NCBI RefSeq assembly: GCF_001306135.1
Contig: NZ_LGKP01000040.1
Coordinates: forward strand, 216,726-280,725
Direction of reading: 5' to 3'
DNA from: Herpetosiphon geysericola
GTDB taxonomy: Bacteria; Chloroflexota; Chloroflexia; Chloroflexales; Herpetosiphonaceae
Length of the DNA: 64,000 nucleotides
The position numbers and the translations under genes are program-made. This document shows positions 48,496-58,145 of this stretch, piece after piece; the first letter of the stretch is position 1; every line of letters begins with the position of its first letter. The notes beneath the pieces are model-generated. The model did not search any database, was not told the origin of the DNA, and saw nothing but the letters and a program-made list of their open reading frames with translations.

Positions 48496-48873
48496 CTAAC
48501 GACCACCAGCAGGCTGCAACGCCTTGACCTCGGTAATCGCGTTTTGTTCGTCAACAAAGACCACGGTTGGCTCCCATTCTTCGGGCTTGGCATCAACTTG
48601 GGCATAGGCCATGATAATCACCAAATCGCCAACATTGACTAAGTGCGCCGCAGCACCATTGAGTTGAATTGTGCCCGAGCCACGTTCGCCTACAATTGCA
48701 TAGGTTTCGAGCCGCGCACCATTATTAACATCGACTACTTGAACCCGTTCAAATGGCCAAATTCCCGCTGCTTCCAAAAGATCCTCATCAATGGTTATCG
48801 AACCAACATAATTGAGGTCTGCCCCAGTGACGGTGGCGCGGTGAATTTTGGCATGCACGAGGGTACGAATCAT
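48496..48873 (-). CDS. panD: Aspartate 1-decarboxylase
   Basis: [29 protein letters not shown], including the pyruvoyl-forming G-S site. 125 aa. AGGAGT RBS. Confidence 0.9.
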   Translation of the reverse strand: MIRTLVHAKIHRATVTGADLNYVGSITIDEDLLEAAGIWPFERVQVVDVNNGARLETYAIVGERGSGTIQLNGAAAHLVNVGDLVIIMAYAQVDAKPEEWEPTVVFVDEQNAITEVKALQPAGGR

Positions 48874-49172
48874 CGTTGATTACTCCTTAGGTTGGTCGCC
48901 GCTGTTCATCCCATCGATCAACAGTCGCCGCCATACATCATGATACGGCTGTCAGTAGTCTAACGCAAGTCATTTTTGCTAATCTAAACATTGCATTTGT
49001 AGAATTTTTAGCCATCGGCGATCGATTGCCGCCCTCTAATCGCCCTCTAGTGGGTGCAGGGGTATGAAAACCTGCGTTTCCCTCCGGCGGAGGGACGGAA
49101 GGGTGGCGAAACACATCTAGCCAATCGATAAAATCAAGAACGCAGCAAAAATAGCGCATGAGCCAACAAGAG

Positions 49173-49394
49173 TTATTTTTGCGGATTAGGATAGCGTTCG
49201 AGCTTACCATCAAGATCAGCAATGCGTTCGCGCAATTGCTCAACGCTCAGGGCAGTGCCATCGTCATCGGTTGGCAACACAATTCCTTCAGCCTCAAGAT
49301 CCCAATTTTGTTCGAGGCCTTCCAAGGCGCGGGCCAATTTGCGGCGTTCCGAAAGCCATTCCTTGCGATACATCCGATTTTTATATTGTGGCAT
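49173..49394 (-). CDS. Small hypothetical protein (73 aa, charged/coiled-coil)
   Basis: MPQYKNRMYRKEWLSERRKLARALEGLEQN... with a GGAGGA RBS. The ORF-track version (49460) is longer. Confidence 0.35.
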   Translation of the reverse strand: MPQYKNRMYRKEWLSERRKLARALEGLEQNWDLEAEGIVLPTDDDGTALSVEQLRERIADLDGKLERYPNPQK

Positions 49395-49432
49395 ACAATC
49401 CTCCAATTCAAGTAATAGCTCTATTGTACCAT

Positions 49433-50104
49433 TCAGCGTTGCGCGCTTTGAGCCAACCAAGCTGGCAGTTCACGCAACTGGTTTAAAATTGCTGCTGGTT
49501 GGGCTGCGCTGAGCGTTGCCACATCATGCGTGCCTGTTGTAATCGCCACGCTGGCAACCTGGGCGTTATGGCCAAGCGTAATATCGTGGGTCGTGTCGCC
49601 AATCATCAGCGCTTGAGCTGAATTCAAGCCAAAATAGGCCAAGGTTTTTTCCAGCATCTCGGCATGCGGTTTTGGCTGAGTTACCGAATCGTTGCCCATC
49701 AGCAAATCAAAATACTCAAATAAGCCAACTTGCTGCAATACAGCAGCGCTCACTGGGGTAATTTTCGAGCTAGCAATCGTCAAACGATAGCCAGCCGATT
49801 TTAATTCGCTGATGGTTTCGGCCACGCCTACAAACAAGCGACTGCTCGGAATCGCAATTTCACGATAGATTGTACGATAGCGCTCGGTCAAAATGGCATA
49901 GTTTTCAGGCAGAAAATCGGTCAAGCGTTCCCAAAAAACCTGCAATGGCAAGCCAATCCATGGCGCAATCTGGCGATATTCAGCCCCAGCAAAGCCATGT
50001 TCAGCCAGCACTTGATTGACCGTATCTACAATCCCTTGCGCCGAATCGACCAACGTTCCATCTAAATCGAAAGCCAATAATTGAATCTGCTGCGAATTAA
50101 CCAC
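49433..50104 (-). CDS. HAD-superfamily hydrolase (phosphoglycolate-phosphatase-like)
   Basis: LLAFDLDGTLVDS motif I. 223 aa. Confidence 0.7.
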   Translation of the reverse strand: MVNSQQIQLLAFDLDGTLVDSAQGIVDTVNQVLAEHGFAGAEYRQIAPWIGLPLQVFWERLTDFLPENYAILTERYRTIYREIAIPSSRLFVGVAETISELKSAGYRLTIASSKITPVSAAVLQQVGLFEYFDLLMGNDSVTQPKPHAEMLEKTLAYFGLNSAQALMIGDTTHDITLGHNAQVASVAITTGTHDVATLSAAQPAAILNQLRELPAWLAQSAQR

Positions 50105-50300
50105 CGCCGACTCCTAGCGTAAGCAACGAATCTAAACAGCTATTATGCAACGTTTGAGCAGTTTCGCAAATTGCTCAGCAATCCATGCCAAAAATCGTGA
50201 TCAAGTGTATCTAACCAAGGTGAGTGAATAGATTTACCAGCTATGTTTTGCATAGCATCCATTCCACAGAGGCTGGCAATCTTCACCCAAACCAGCCTTT

Positions 50301-51194
50301 GTGGAGTTACCCATGCGCTATCTTGGCCTAAGTGGCCGCATTTTAAAACGAGCTGATTTACAAGCGCCCAACCAGCAAGGCCTAAGCCAATGGGTTTTGT
50401 ATCTTTACGATGTGCTGCGCTATCTCGACCAACAGCAAATTAATTGTTATCGCTTGCCAGCTTGGCCCTATGAATTGCTGAATAGCTGGCCCAAAGCCGT
50501 CGACCAACTCAAGTTAATTGGCAATTATGCTCAACAAGCCAAAATTCGCCTAACCTATCATGCGCCAAGCAATGTGCTGCTCAATAGCCATGATCAGCAT
50601 ATTCGCCAGTATGCGCTGAATTATTTAACTAGTGCAGCAGACTTTTTGATCCAGCTTGGCAGCCATGATCCAGTGATTGTGGTCCATATTGGGGCACAGT
50701 ATGGTGATCGCGCTTGGGCTTTGGCCCAAACGGTTGCCAGTTTACAGCAGCTTGATTCTACAGTTCTCAATTGCTTAGCCCTAGAGGCCGATGGCCGCGT
50801 GTGGAGCTTGCTCGATGCATTGCACATTCATGCTCAAACCAGAATTCCGGTTATTTTCGATTGGCTGCATCATCAGCTTTACAACCCAGCCCAACTCAAT
50901 GCTGCCGCTGGATTGGAATATGCGCTAGCGACTTGGCCAAGCCAACGCAAGCCCAAAGTGCATTTTAGCTCACCAAGAACCGAAATTCGGCTTAGTCAAC
51001 GCCAGCAATTGCTGTTGCCAACCTGGCATGAACACAGCGATTTGGCCAATCCATTTGAATTAATCAGCCTGCTACGTTTGCCATTCCAGCGTGATTACGA
51101 TCTAATGCTTGAGGTTAAGGCTGGAGATTTGGCGCTTGAACGAGCGCGCAGCGATCTCCAACGCTTTGCACCTGAAATAGTTGATGTGGAGTAG
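50301..51194 (+). CDS. uvsE: UV DNA damage endonuclease (UvsE/UVDE)
   Basis: IRLTYHAPSNVLLNS, VIVVHIGAQYGD, LALEADGRVWSLLDAL and IPVIFDWLHH blocks match the conserved UVDE TIM-barrel motifs. Confidence 0.75.
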   Translation: MELPMRYLGLSGRILKRADLQAPNQQGLSQWVLYLYDVLRYLDQQQINCYRLPAWPYELLNSWPKAVDQLKLIGNYAQQAKIRLTYHAPSNVLLNSHDQHIRQYALNYLTSAADFLIQLGSHDPVIVVHIGAQYGDRAWALAQTVASLQQLDSTVLNCLALEADGRVWSLLDALHIHAQTRIPVIFDWLHHQLYNPAQLNAAAGLEYALATWPSQRKPKVHFSSPRTEIRLSQRQQLLLPTWHEHSDLANPFELISLLRLPFQRDYDLMLEVKAGDLALERARSDLQRFAPEIVDVE

Positions 51195-51197
51195 CGT

Positions 51198-51836
51198 ATG
51201 CCAGAAGCCATTACGCCAGTTTTAGTTGCAGTTTTGAATAACCAAGCAGATTGGCAGCGAATTCAAGACCAACATTGGTATCGGGTTCCGTTGGCGCATG
51301 CGCCACGGCGGATGGCTGCTGGCATTTTGGCATGGTATCAAACCAAGGCGTTTGGCGCTGAGGGCGGCCAAATTCGCTGGTATGCAGAAATTAATCATGT
51401 AAGCCAAGCCACTCGTAGCCAGCTTATCCCTGAACAGCCAGAGCATCCGCGTGCTCAAGAGCGCTATTGGCGGCTGCAAATTGGCCCGTTGCAAAGCTTG
51501 CCTCAGCCAATTAAGGCCCAGCGCTTTCGGCGGATTACCTTTATTAGCACCAATTGGCAGCAATTCATTCACGCCAAACAGATCAACGATTTATGGCTAG
51601 GTGATAGCTTAATCGAGCAACTAAGCCAACAACTCATCAGCGAGGGCATGAACGTAGCGCGACGGCGCTTACACGATGGTAATACGCCGCCGCAAGGCAC
51701 ATGTATTCTGATTCCATTGCTCAATCAGCTTGAGATCCAGATTGGTGAGCGAGTTTTACGCCTCGAACATGAGGATTTAATTTGGGATTTTGCTGGCTGC
51801 TTAGCCCAAATTCGCGCCTTACAACGCCGCAATTGA
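51198..51836 (+). CDS. Hypothetical protein, likely co-transcribed with uvsE
   Basis: 212 aa. Its start is 4 nt after the uvsE stop. Confidence 0.4.
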   Translation: MPEAITPVLVAVLNNQADWQRIQDQHWYRVPLAHAPRRMAAGILAWYQTKAFGAEGGQIRWYAEINHVSQATRSQLIPEQPEHPRAQERYWRLQIGPLQSLPQPIKAQRFRRITFISTNWQQFIHAKQINDLWLGDSLIEQLSQQLISEGMNVARRRLHDGNTPPQGTCILIPLLNQLEIQIGERVLRLEHEDLIWDFAGCLAQIRALQRRN

Positions 51837-51848
51837 GCTAGTTTCAAT

Positions 51849-52394
51849 CTATTGACCAGCAAGCAACAAACGGGCAAGGCGCTCGCCGCCAACCAAATCG
51901 GCCAAATGGGCCAATTGGTTATCTTCGTAGGCTTGATTAAACAGCGCTACATCGAGGGCTAGCACTTTGCGGAAGGCAATAATTGCATTAGCGGGGTCGC
52001 TGCTAGTAGCGGCAATCTGCTCACCAAACGGCATAATAATATCCAGCATCGCCAACGGATAGCGCACAGGCAAGCCAATGCGCACATGAATTTCGCCAAT
52101 TTTTAGGCGTTGTTGGGCATAGGCTTCATCATACGTCCCGCGAAACAAATCGCTAAACCATGTTCCCAGCATGCCCGTCAAGCGTTCGACCGAAACGCCA
52201 TCGAGATATTCAGCGGTCGCGGCGTGACCAAGCAAGCGCTTGTAAAACGCATCAGTAAAATCCTTGGTTTGGGCTTTGGCTCGCTCGTGTAAGCCGCCGA
52301 GCAATTGCGCTTCAGCAGCAGAAACATCCATCATTTTGACCAACTCGGTGAGAATGGCCGTGCCCTTCACGCCCCAACTTTGACGATCTGCCAT
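51849..52394 (-). CDS. Protoglobin / globin-coupled-sensor-type globin domain protein (globin domain only)
   Basis: 181 aa. Protoglobin-like helices (FYKRLLGHAATAEYL ... HVRIGL) and no output domain. Confidence 0.55.
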   Translation of the reverse strand: MADRQSWGVKGTAILTELVKMMDVSAAEAQLLGGLHERAKAQTKDFTDAFYKRLLGHAATAEYLDGVSVERLTGMLGTWFSDLFRGTYDEAYAQQRLKIGEIHVRIGLPVRYPLAMLDIIMPFGEQIAATSSDPANAIIAFRKVLALDVALFNQAYEDNQLAHLADLVGGERLARLLLAGQ

Positions 52395-52409
52395 GAGCTA
52401 CCTCCTTGA

Positions 52410-52787
52410 TTAAGCACTCATCAGTTCGGCGATTGCCCGACCAGTTTCCCGCGCTTCAATCCGAATCATGCCAAGATTGGCATGTTGACGCAGAATGATC
52501 GCCAGAATCATTTGGGTAGCTACGGGCATGACCAAGAGATAGCCACTTTCGGCGTTAACAATGGCCTCGTTGGCCTTACCAATTTTCAAATCGTTAACCA
52601 CGCGGGTCGTGACCCCCATCATGGTGGCTGCAATCGCTCCCATGCGGTCGGCATTAACATCAGCCGACATGCGCGAGCTAATCAAAATCCCATCTGAACT
52701 AATTAATGCGGCCCCATTAATATCGTTACCATTATTGGTAACCAATTGGCCTAAAATAGTATTAATTTGTTCCGAACGACTAGCCAT
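52410..52787 (-). CDS. Roadblock/LC7 domain protein (MglB/CvnB-like)
   Basis: 125 aa. GAALISSDGILIS ... LLVMPV pattern typical of Roadblock/LC7. Confidence 0.7.
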   Translation of the reverse strand: MASRSEQINTILGQLVTNNGNDINGAALISSDGILISSRMSADVNADRMGAIAATMMGVTTRVVNDLKIGKANEAIVNAESGYLLVMPVATQMILAIILRQHANLGMIRIEARETGRAIAELMSA

Positions 52788-53361
52788 GAGAATGCTCCTT
52801 GTGAGTTACAGGCGAGGAGGATGAAGCTTGGGCTAAAACGTCGATTCGATCTAATAAGGTTGAAATAACATCGCTTACCGCAGCATAATCAGTTGCAACG
52901 CAAGCGAGGATCGGAATATCGTTTGGTAGCCCTAAACGGCGGCGAATATACGTTGGCGGCAAGGCCCCAGGTAAATCTTGTTTGGTGGCGGCAACCACAA
53001 ATGGCACGGGGGTCATGGCCGCGAAGCGTTCCAATACAACAATTGTCTCGTTAAAATGGGCTGGTCGACAGCTATCAACTAAAACAATATAGCCCAAACA
53101 TCCTTCAGCTAAAATTTCCCACATAAAATCAAAACGTTCTTGACCAGGCGTGCCAAATAAAAGCAAGCGTTGTTCGGCATCAATCGTCAATGTGCCGAAA
53201 TCCAAGCCAACCGTCGTATGATGTTTGAGTTCTTTTTCTTCGGTATGGGTCACGGGAACATCAGTATCAACAACCTCGATTTCGCTGACTGTGCGAATAA
53301 ATTGCGATTTACCCGCCGCGTATGCTCCCGTGATAACAATTTTATAATTGACCATTGTCAC
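52780..53361 (-). CDS. Small Ras-like GTPase of the CvnD/MglA-like family
   Basis: G1 GAYAAGKS, switch-I T in TVGLDFG, G3 FGTPGQERFDFMWE (the characteristic CvnD LFGTPGQ.RF.FMW motif), G4 TKQD. Confidence 0.75.
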   Translation of the reverse strand: MTMVNYKIVITGAYAAGKSQFIRTVSEIEVVDTDVPVTHTEEKELKHHTTVGLDFGTLTIDAEQRLLLFGTPGQERFDFMWEILAEGCLGYIVLVDSCRPAHFNETIVVLERFAAMTPVPFVVAATKQDLPGALPPTYIRRRLGLPNDIPILACVATDYAAVSDVISTLLDRIDVLAQASSSSPVTHKEHSHG

Positions 53362-53363
53362 TC

Positions 53364-54062
53364 CTACGCACTAGCGCTGGTACGACGCAGCCGCGCTTTG
53401 ATAGCTTGAACCAACCCCCGCACCCGAGTTTCAACCATATGTTCAGGGTTTGGAGCCATCAAGACTGGGCTAAGCGAACGCTGAGAAACAACAATCTCGC
53501 TAGACACCTCCACCAAGTTCAAGGCGATCAAACGATGCAAGACATTGAGGGTTTGATCGTAATTCCAACCAGTGGCTTCAACGAGTTCGGCCACGCTTAA
53601 TTCTTGGACCAATTGGCTCAGAATGCGCCAATCTTCGAGGGTCAGGGTGATGTCGCTGGCTTGGCTGAGCTTTGGCACCAAGCGCAAACGCGAGGTTGGC
53701 TGAAGTTTCGTTGTGCCAGCCAAGCGTTGTGGTTGGTCGCGGCGACGCAAGCCTTCAATAATCAGCCAATCAATTGAACGCTGAATTTGCACGCTGACCG
53801 TTTCTTGCGGGTTTGGTGGCAAAAAGACAAATTGGGCATCATCCCACGCCAGCATATCAAACACCGCTTGCTCACCACATGTTACTCGTTCGTGGGAGGT
53901 ATTTTTGACCACCCCTGCATTGATGATCGCGCCATCAAAAAACCACAACATCGCCTTGAATGGAGCATTTGCAATCAGTAGACGACCAGTTTTGCGCCCA
54001 TGATGAAATACATGCATCAAATCAATTAATGGCATATCAGCAAAATTACCTTCGAGAGCCAT
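53364..54062 (-). CDS. DUF4388 domain protein with a C-terminal winged-helix-like (DUF742-like) region
   Basis: DMPLIDLMHVFHHGRKTGRLLI...FFDGAIINA ... GEQAVFDMLAWDDAQFVF match DUF4388. I chose the start at MALEGNF (54062); the ORF-track start is 54182. Confidence 0.55.
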   Translation of the reverse strand: MALEGNFADMPLIDLMHVFHHGRKTGRLLIANAPFKAMLWFFDGAIINAGVVKNTSHERVTCGEQAVFDMLAWDDAQFVFLPPNPQETVSVQIQRSIDWLIIEGLRRRDQPQRLAGTTKLQPTSRLRLVPKLSQASDITLTLEDWRILSQLVQELSVAELVEATGWNYDQTLNVLHRLIALNLVEVSSEIVVSQRSLSPVLMAPNPEHMVETRVRGLVQAIKARLRRTSASA

Positions 54063-54423
54063 AGCCGTCTCCTTTTTGCGCAGTACAACCAGTCGATGTT
54101 GTCTAGGTTTTGTCCATATTCTGTACAAAAATAATACATAACTGGAACAAATATATTTTCTAGCAGGCTTAATTGCAGGCATCGACGTAAGAAAAATAAC
54201 AACTCTATTATGGCCGCAACTGGATGTATCCGTCTATGATATGTCAATACTCTTTATGGCTATGCAGGGGTAAGGTTACGCTTGGGATGGAAGTACTAGA
54301 AGACGTTTCCATGGAGAGGAGCGAAGGTATAACGTGCTGGGTTGATTGAACCATGCCTAAGAGGGGTTTGTCAAGATGGGATACAATAGCCACGATCTGC
54401 AGTTTTTTAGTATTGAGGTTGTT

Positions 54424-55044
54424 ATGGGCTTACATGTATCATCACATCCATTGGTCTTACATAAATTGGCGTTACTGCGGCGCGTTGAAAGCGAACCAAA
54501 GAAATTTCGCGAATTGGTGCGCGAAATCTCGCAATTTTTGGTTTATGAAGCAACTGCCGATATGCCGCTTGCACCTTATACAATTCAAACTCCTTTAGGC
54601 TCGATGGAAGGCCATGCAATCGGTGCTCGCATTGGTTTGATTCCAATTTTGCGTGCAGGCTTGGGCATGGTCGAGCCAGTGATTGACCTTTTGCCAACCG
54701 CCCATGTCTGGCACTTGGGCCTGTATCGCGACCATAATTCGCTTGAGCCAGTTACCTACTATAACAAATTGCCAGCTCAACCTGATATTGATGTATGTTT
54801 GATTCTCGACCCAATGTTGGCAACTGGTGGCTCGGCAGTTGCTGCGGTTGATATTTTGAAGGCTTGGGGCGCTGCCAAGATTAAATTCTTGGGGTTAATC
54901 GCCGCACCTGAAGGGGTAGAACGCTTGCAAACTGCTCACCCCGATGTGGAAATTCATTTGGCGGCACTTGACGAACGCTTGAACGAACAAGGCTATATTG
55001 TGCCAGGCTTGGGCGATGCAGGTGACCGCCAATTTGGAACGTAG
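54424..55044 (+). CDS. upp: Uracil phosphoribosyltransferase
   Basis: [12 protein letters not shown] ... [15 protein letters not shown]-binding motif. About 206 aa. Confidence 0.85.
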   Translation: MGLHVSSHPLVLHKLALLRRVESEPKKFRELVREISQFLVYEATADMPLAPYTIQTPLGSMEGHAIGARIGLIPILRAGLGMVEPVIDLLPTAHVWHLGLYRDHNSLEPVTYYNKLPAQPDIDVCLILDPMLATGGSAVAAVDILKAWGAAKIKFLGLIAAPEGVERLQTAHPDVEIHLAALDERLNEQGYIVPGLGDAGDRQFGT

Positions 55045-55050
55045 GCAAGA

Positions 55051-56031
55051 ATGCGTATTTTAGTCACTGGGGCAACTGGTTTTTTGGGTTCGCACACCGC
55101 TTTGGCCCTGCAAAAAGCTGGCCATACGGTGCTTGGCTTGGGGCGCCGTTGGCAGCAGGTTCCGCAGCTTGTGCGCGCTGGCATTGAGCCAATTACTGCT
55201 GATTTACGCGAGCGTGATGCAGTAATTGCGGCCTGCGCTGGTTGCGATCTGGTGGTGCATAGCGGGGCACTTTCGGCGCCGTGGGGCAGTCGGAGCGATT
55301 TTCAGGCAATTAATGTTGACGGAACCGCGCATGTGCTGGCTGGTTGTGCTGCGCACAATATTGGACGCTTGGTGTTTATTTCATCACCAAGCGTTCTTTC
55401 CAATGGCCGCGATCAGCTTGATTTAGTCGACACTGCGCCCTATCCGGCGCGACCAATCTCGCTGTATTCAGCCAGCAAACAGCAGGCCGAGCAATTGGTG
55501 CTGGCTCATCCAACCCCAAGCGTCATGTTGCGGCCCAAGGCGATTTTTGGCGAAGGCGACCAAGCCTTGTTGCCACGGATTATTGCTGCGGCACGAGCTG
55601 GGCGCTTACGTCAATTTGGTGCTGGCCAAAATTTGGTTGATTTAACCTATGTGGAAAACGTGGTGCATGCGATTGAGCTGGCGTTAACTGCACCAGCGGC
55701 GCTTGGCAAGGCCTATACAATCACCAACGCCGAACATCCGCAGCTGTGGGCGGTCATTCGGCGGGTGCTGGCAGAGTTGGGCGTGCAGAGCCAGTTGCGG
55801 CCAATGCCCTTACCTGTGGCATTGTTGATGGCGCGAATAATGGAAAGTATCAGTGCAGTAACCAAGCGCGAGCCATTATTGACCCGTTATAGCGTGTTGG
55901 CCTTGGCGCGTAGCCAAACCCATTCAATCGTTGCAGCTCAACACGATTTGGGCTATCAACCACAAATTAGCCTTGAGCTTGGCATTCAACGCACAATCGC
56001 CGCCCTCAAACAGCCAACAAAGGTGGATTAA
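55051..56031 (+). CDS. NAD-dependent epimerase/dehydratase (3beta-HSD-like extended SDR)
   Basis: MRILVTGATGFLGSH Rossmann motif and a YSASK catalytic region. Confidence 0.7.
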   Translation: MRILVTGATGFLGSHTALALQKAGHTVLGLGRRWQQVPQLVRAGIEPITADLRERDAVIAACAGCDLVVHSGALSAPWGSRSDFQAINVDGTAHVLAGCAAHNIGRLVFISSPSVLSNGRDQLDLVDTAPYPARPISLYSASKQQAEQLVLAHPTPSVMLRPKAIFGEGDQALLPRIIAAARAGRLRQFGAGQNLVDLTYVENVVHAIELALTAPAALGKAYTITNAEHPQLWAVIRRVLAELGVQSQLRPMPLPVALLMARIMESISAVTKREPLLTRYSVLALARSQTHSIVAAQHDLGYQPQISLELGIQRTIAALKQPTKVD

Positions 56032-56847
56032 ATGCAGGTTTTCTTGCTGGATACGGGAATTTGCCGCGTGCCCGAATATCATATGTTGCGCGATGGCAGC
56101 AGCCAAATTATCGATTGCCATGCAGTTGTGGCCTTGATTGACCATCCTCAGCGTGGTTGGGGCTTGTTTGATGTTGGTTATAGCCAAGCGATGCTCAGTG
56201 CAACCGAGCATTTGCCGTGGTCGCTCTATCGGCGGGCTACGCCACTGCGCTTGTCGCCAGCACTAGAAGTGATCAATCAACTGCCAAACTATGGCTTGAG
56301 CGCCGCCGATATTAGCTGGATTGTGCTTTCGCATGCGCATGCCGACCACGTCGCCGCGTTGGCCGATTTTCCGCAGGCCGAGTTGTATCTTTCGGCGGCG
56401 GCGTTTGAGTTGGTTAGCCAAGTTCAGGGGATTAATGCCTTGCGGCGCGGGATTATCCCAAGCTTATTTCCCCAAAATTGGCACCAACGCCTGCATTTAA
56501 TTCATACATTTAACGATCAGCCATTGTTTGCCTTGGGCAATAGCCACGATTTGTTTGGCGATGGACTATTGCGCTTGGTTGAATTGCCTGGCCATGCACG
56601 CGGCCAAATTGGCATGTATGTTGCCAATCAACGCCCAATCTTGCTGGCTGCTGATGGCGCGTGGCATTCGCGGGCAATTCGCGAACAAGTGTTGCCGCAT
56701 CCAATCACCTATTTTATGATCGACGATGCTAAGGCCATGGCCACAACCTTGGCGCGCTTGAGTGCGTTTGCCCAAGCCTATCCCGAGGTGTTGATTGTGC
56801 CTTGCCATTGCCCAGAAATCTATGCCAGCGAGGTAGCCAACACATGA
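56032..56847 (+). CDS. MBL-fold metallo-hydrolase
   Basis: HAHADH motif (LSHAHADHVAAL). 271 aa. Its start abuts the previous stop. Confidence 0.7.
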   Translation: MQVFLLDTGICRVPEYHMLRDGSSQIIDCHAVVALIDHPQRGWGLFDVGYSQAMLSATEHLPWSLYRRATPLRLSPALEVINQLPNYGLSAADISWIVLSHAHADHVAALADFPQAELYLSAAAFELVSQVQGINALRRGIIPSLFPQNWHQRLHLIHTFNDQPLFALGNSHDLFGDGLLRLVELPGHARGQIGMYVANQRPILLAADGAWHSRAIREQVLPHPITYFMIDDAKAMATTLARLSAFAQAYPEVLIVPCHCPEIYASEVANT

Positions 56848-58145
56848 GCATCAGCGATATGTTAATCACAGGTGCGTATTTTGGGCGAGCGCGTTGGCGT
56901 TGGCAATGGCTGAATCGGCAGCGCTTGCGAGATTTTCAAGCTGCCAAGGCGCAACAATTAATTCCTTGGGTGGCCCAACATTCAGCCTTTTATCGCCAGC
57001 ATTGGCAAGGCCACGACCTGCGCGATTGGCGCAATTTGCCTATGGTTGATAAACGCTTGATGATGGCCAATTTTCGTGAATTCAATACCTTGGAAGTGCC
57101 AGCAGCGGCGGCCTTCGATCTGGCGCAACAAGCAGAGCAAGAGCGCGATTTTGTGCCGCGTTTGGGCGATCTGACGGTTGGGCTTTCGTCGGGCACATCG
57201 GGGCATCGTGGCTTGTTTTTGCTGAGCCCCGCCGAGCAATTGCTGTGGGTTGGCACGATTTTGGCCCGCACCTTGCACCACATCAAGCCAACCAAAATCG
57301 CCTTTTTTCTGCGTGCCAACAGCAATCTTTACCAACAGTTGGGCGGGCGTTTGATTCAATTTCGCTATTTTGATTTGACCCAAGCGCTTGAGCCACAGCT
57401 TGCAATGCTAAATACCTACCAGCCAACAATTATCGTTGCGCCGCCTGGGTTGCTGTTGCAATTGCTCGCGGCGGCCCAAAACGGCAAATTGACCCATCGC
57501 CCTGAGCGCATGATCAGTGTGGCCGATGCACTAGCCCCAGATGAACAAACGCAGCTCAGCACGTTTTTTGGCATTCCAATCGAGCAAATCTATCAAGCAA
57601 CCGAAGGTTTGCTGGCCATTTCGTGTGCTCACGGCAGCTTGCACATTCAAGAAGATTTGGTGGCGCTCGATTTTGAGGATTTGGGTCAAGGCCGAGTTAC
57701 GCCGTATGTAACCGATTTGTGGCGGCGCACCCAGCCAATTATTCGCTATCGCTTGAACGATGTGTTGCGCCTAAGTTCGCAGGCGTGCAGCTGTGGCAGC
57801 AGCTTCAAAGTAATCGAGCAAATTGAGGGGCGACGCGATGACATTTGCTACTTTACAGCTCATGGTCAGCGCCAAGCAATGTTCCCTGATAGCTTGCGTC
57901 GCGCCATTCTCCTAGCCCATCCGGCAATTCAAGAATATCAAATCATCCAGCCAGCAGATGATCAGCTTCAGGTTCGATTAACCATAACAGATACGGCGGA
58001 TGCTACATTGGTTAGTACAGCAGTTGAGCAGCAGATTCAGCGCCAACTAGCAGAATATGGTTGTAGCGCGTATCATTTGAGCATCCATTTTGCAGCAATC
58101 GATTATGGGACGCTGAATAAACGTCGGCGTGTAATTCGGCAATGA
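56844..58145 (+). CDS. Adenylate-forming enzyme of the ANL superfamily, coenzyme F390 synthetase / PaaK-like
   Basis: GLSSGTSGHRG P-loop-like AMP-binding motif. About 430 aa. Start MSISDM overlaps the MBL stop. Confidence 0.55.
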   Translation: MSISDMLITGAYFGRARWRWQWLNRQRLRDFQAAKAQQLIPWVAQHSAFYRQHWQGHDLRDWRNLPMVDKRLMMANFREFNTLEVPAAAAFDLAQQAEQERDFVPRLGDLTVGLSSGTSGHRGLFLLSPAEQLLWVGTILARTLHHIKPTKIAFFLRANSNLYQQLGGRLIQFRYFDLTQALEPQLAMLNTYQPTIIVAPPGLLLQLLAAAQNGKLTHRPERMISVADALAPDEQTQLSTFFGIPIEQIYQATEGLLAISCAHGSLHIQEDLVALDFEDLGQGRVTPYVTDLWRRTQPIIRYRLNDVLRLSSQACSCGSSFKVIEQIEGRRDDICYFTAHGQRQAMFPDSLRRAILLAHPAIQEYQIIQPADDQLQVRLTITDTADATLVSTAVEQQIQRQLAEYGCSAYHLSIHFAAIDYGTLNKRRRVIRQ

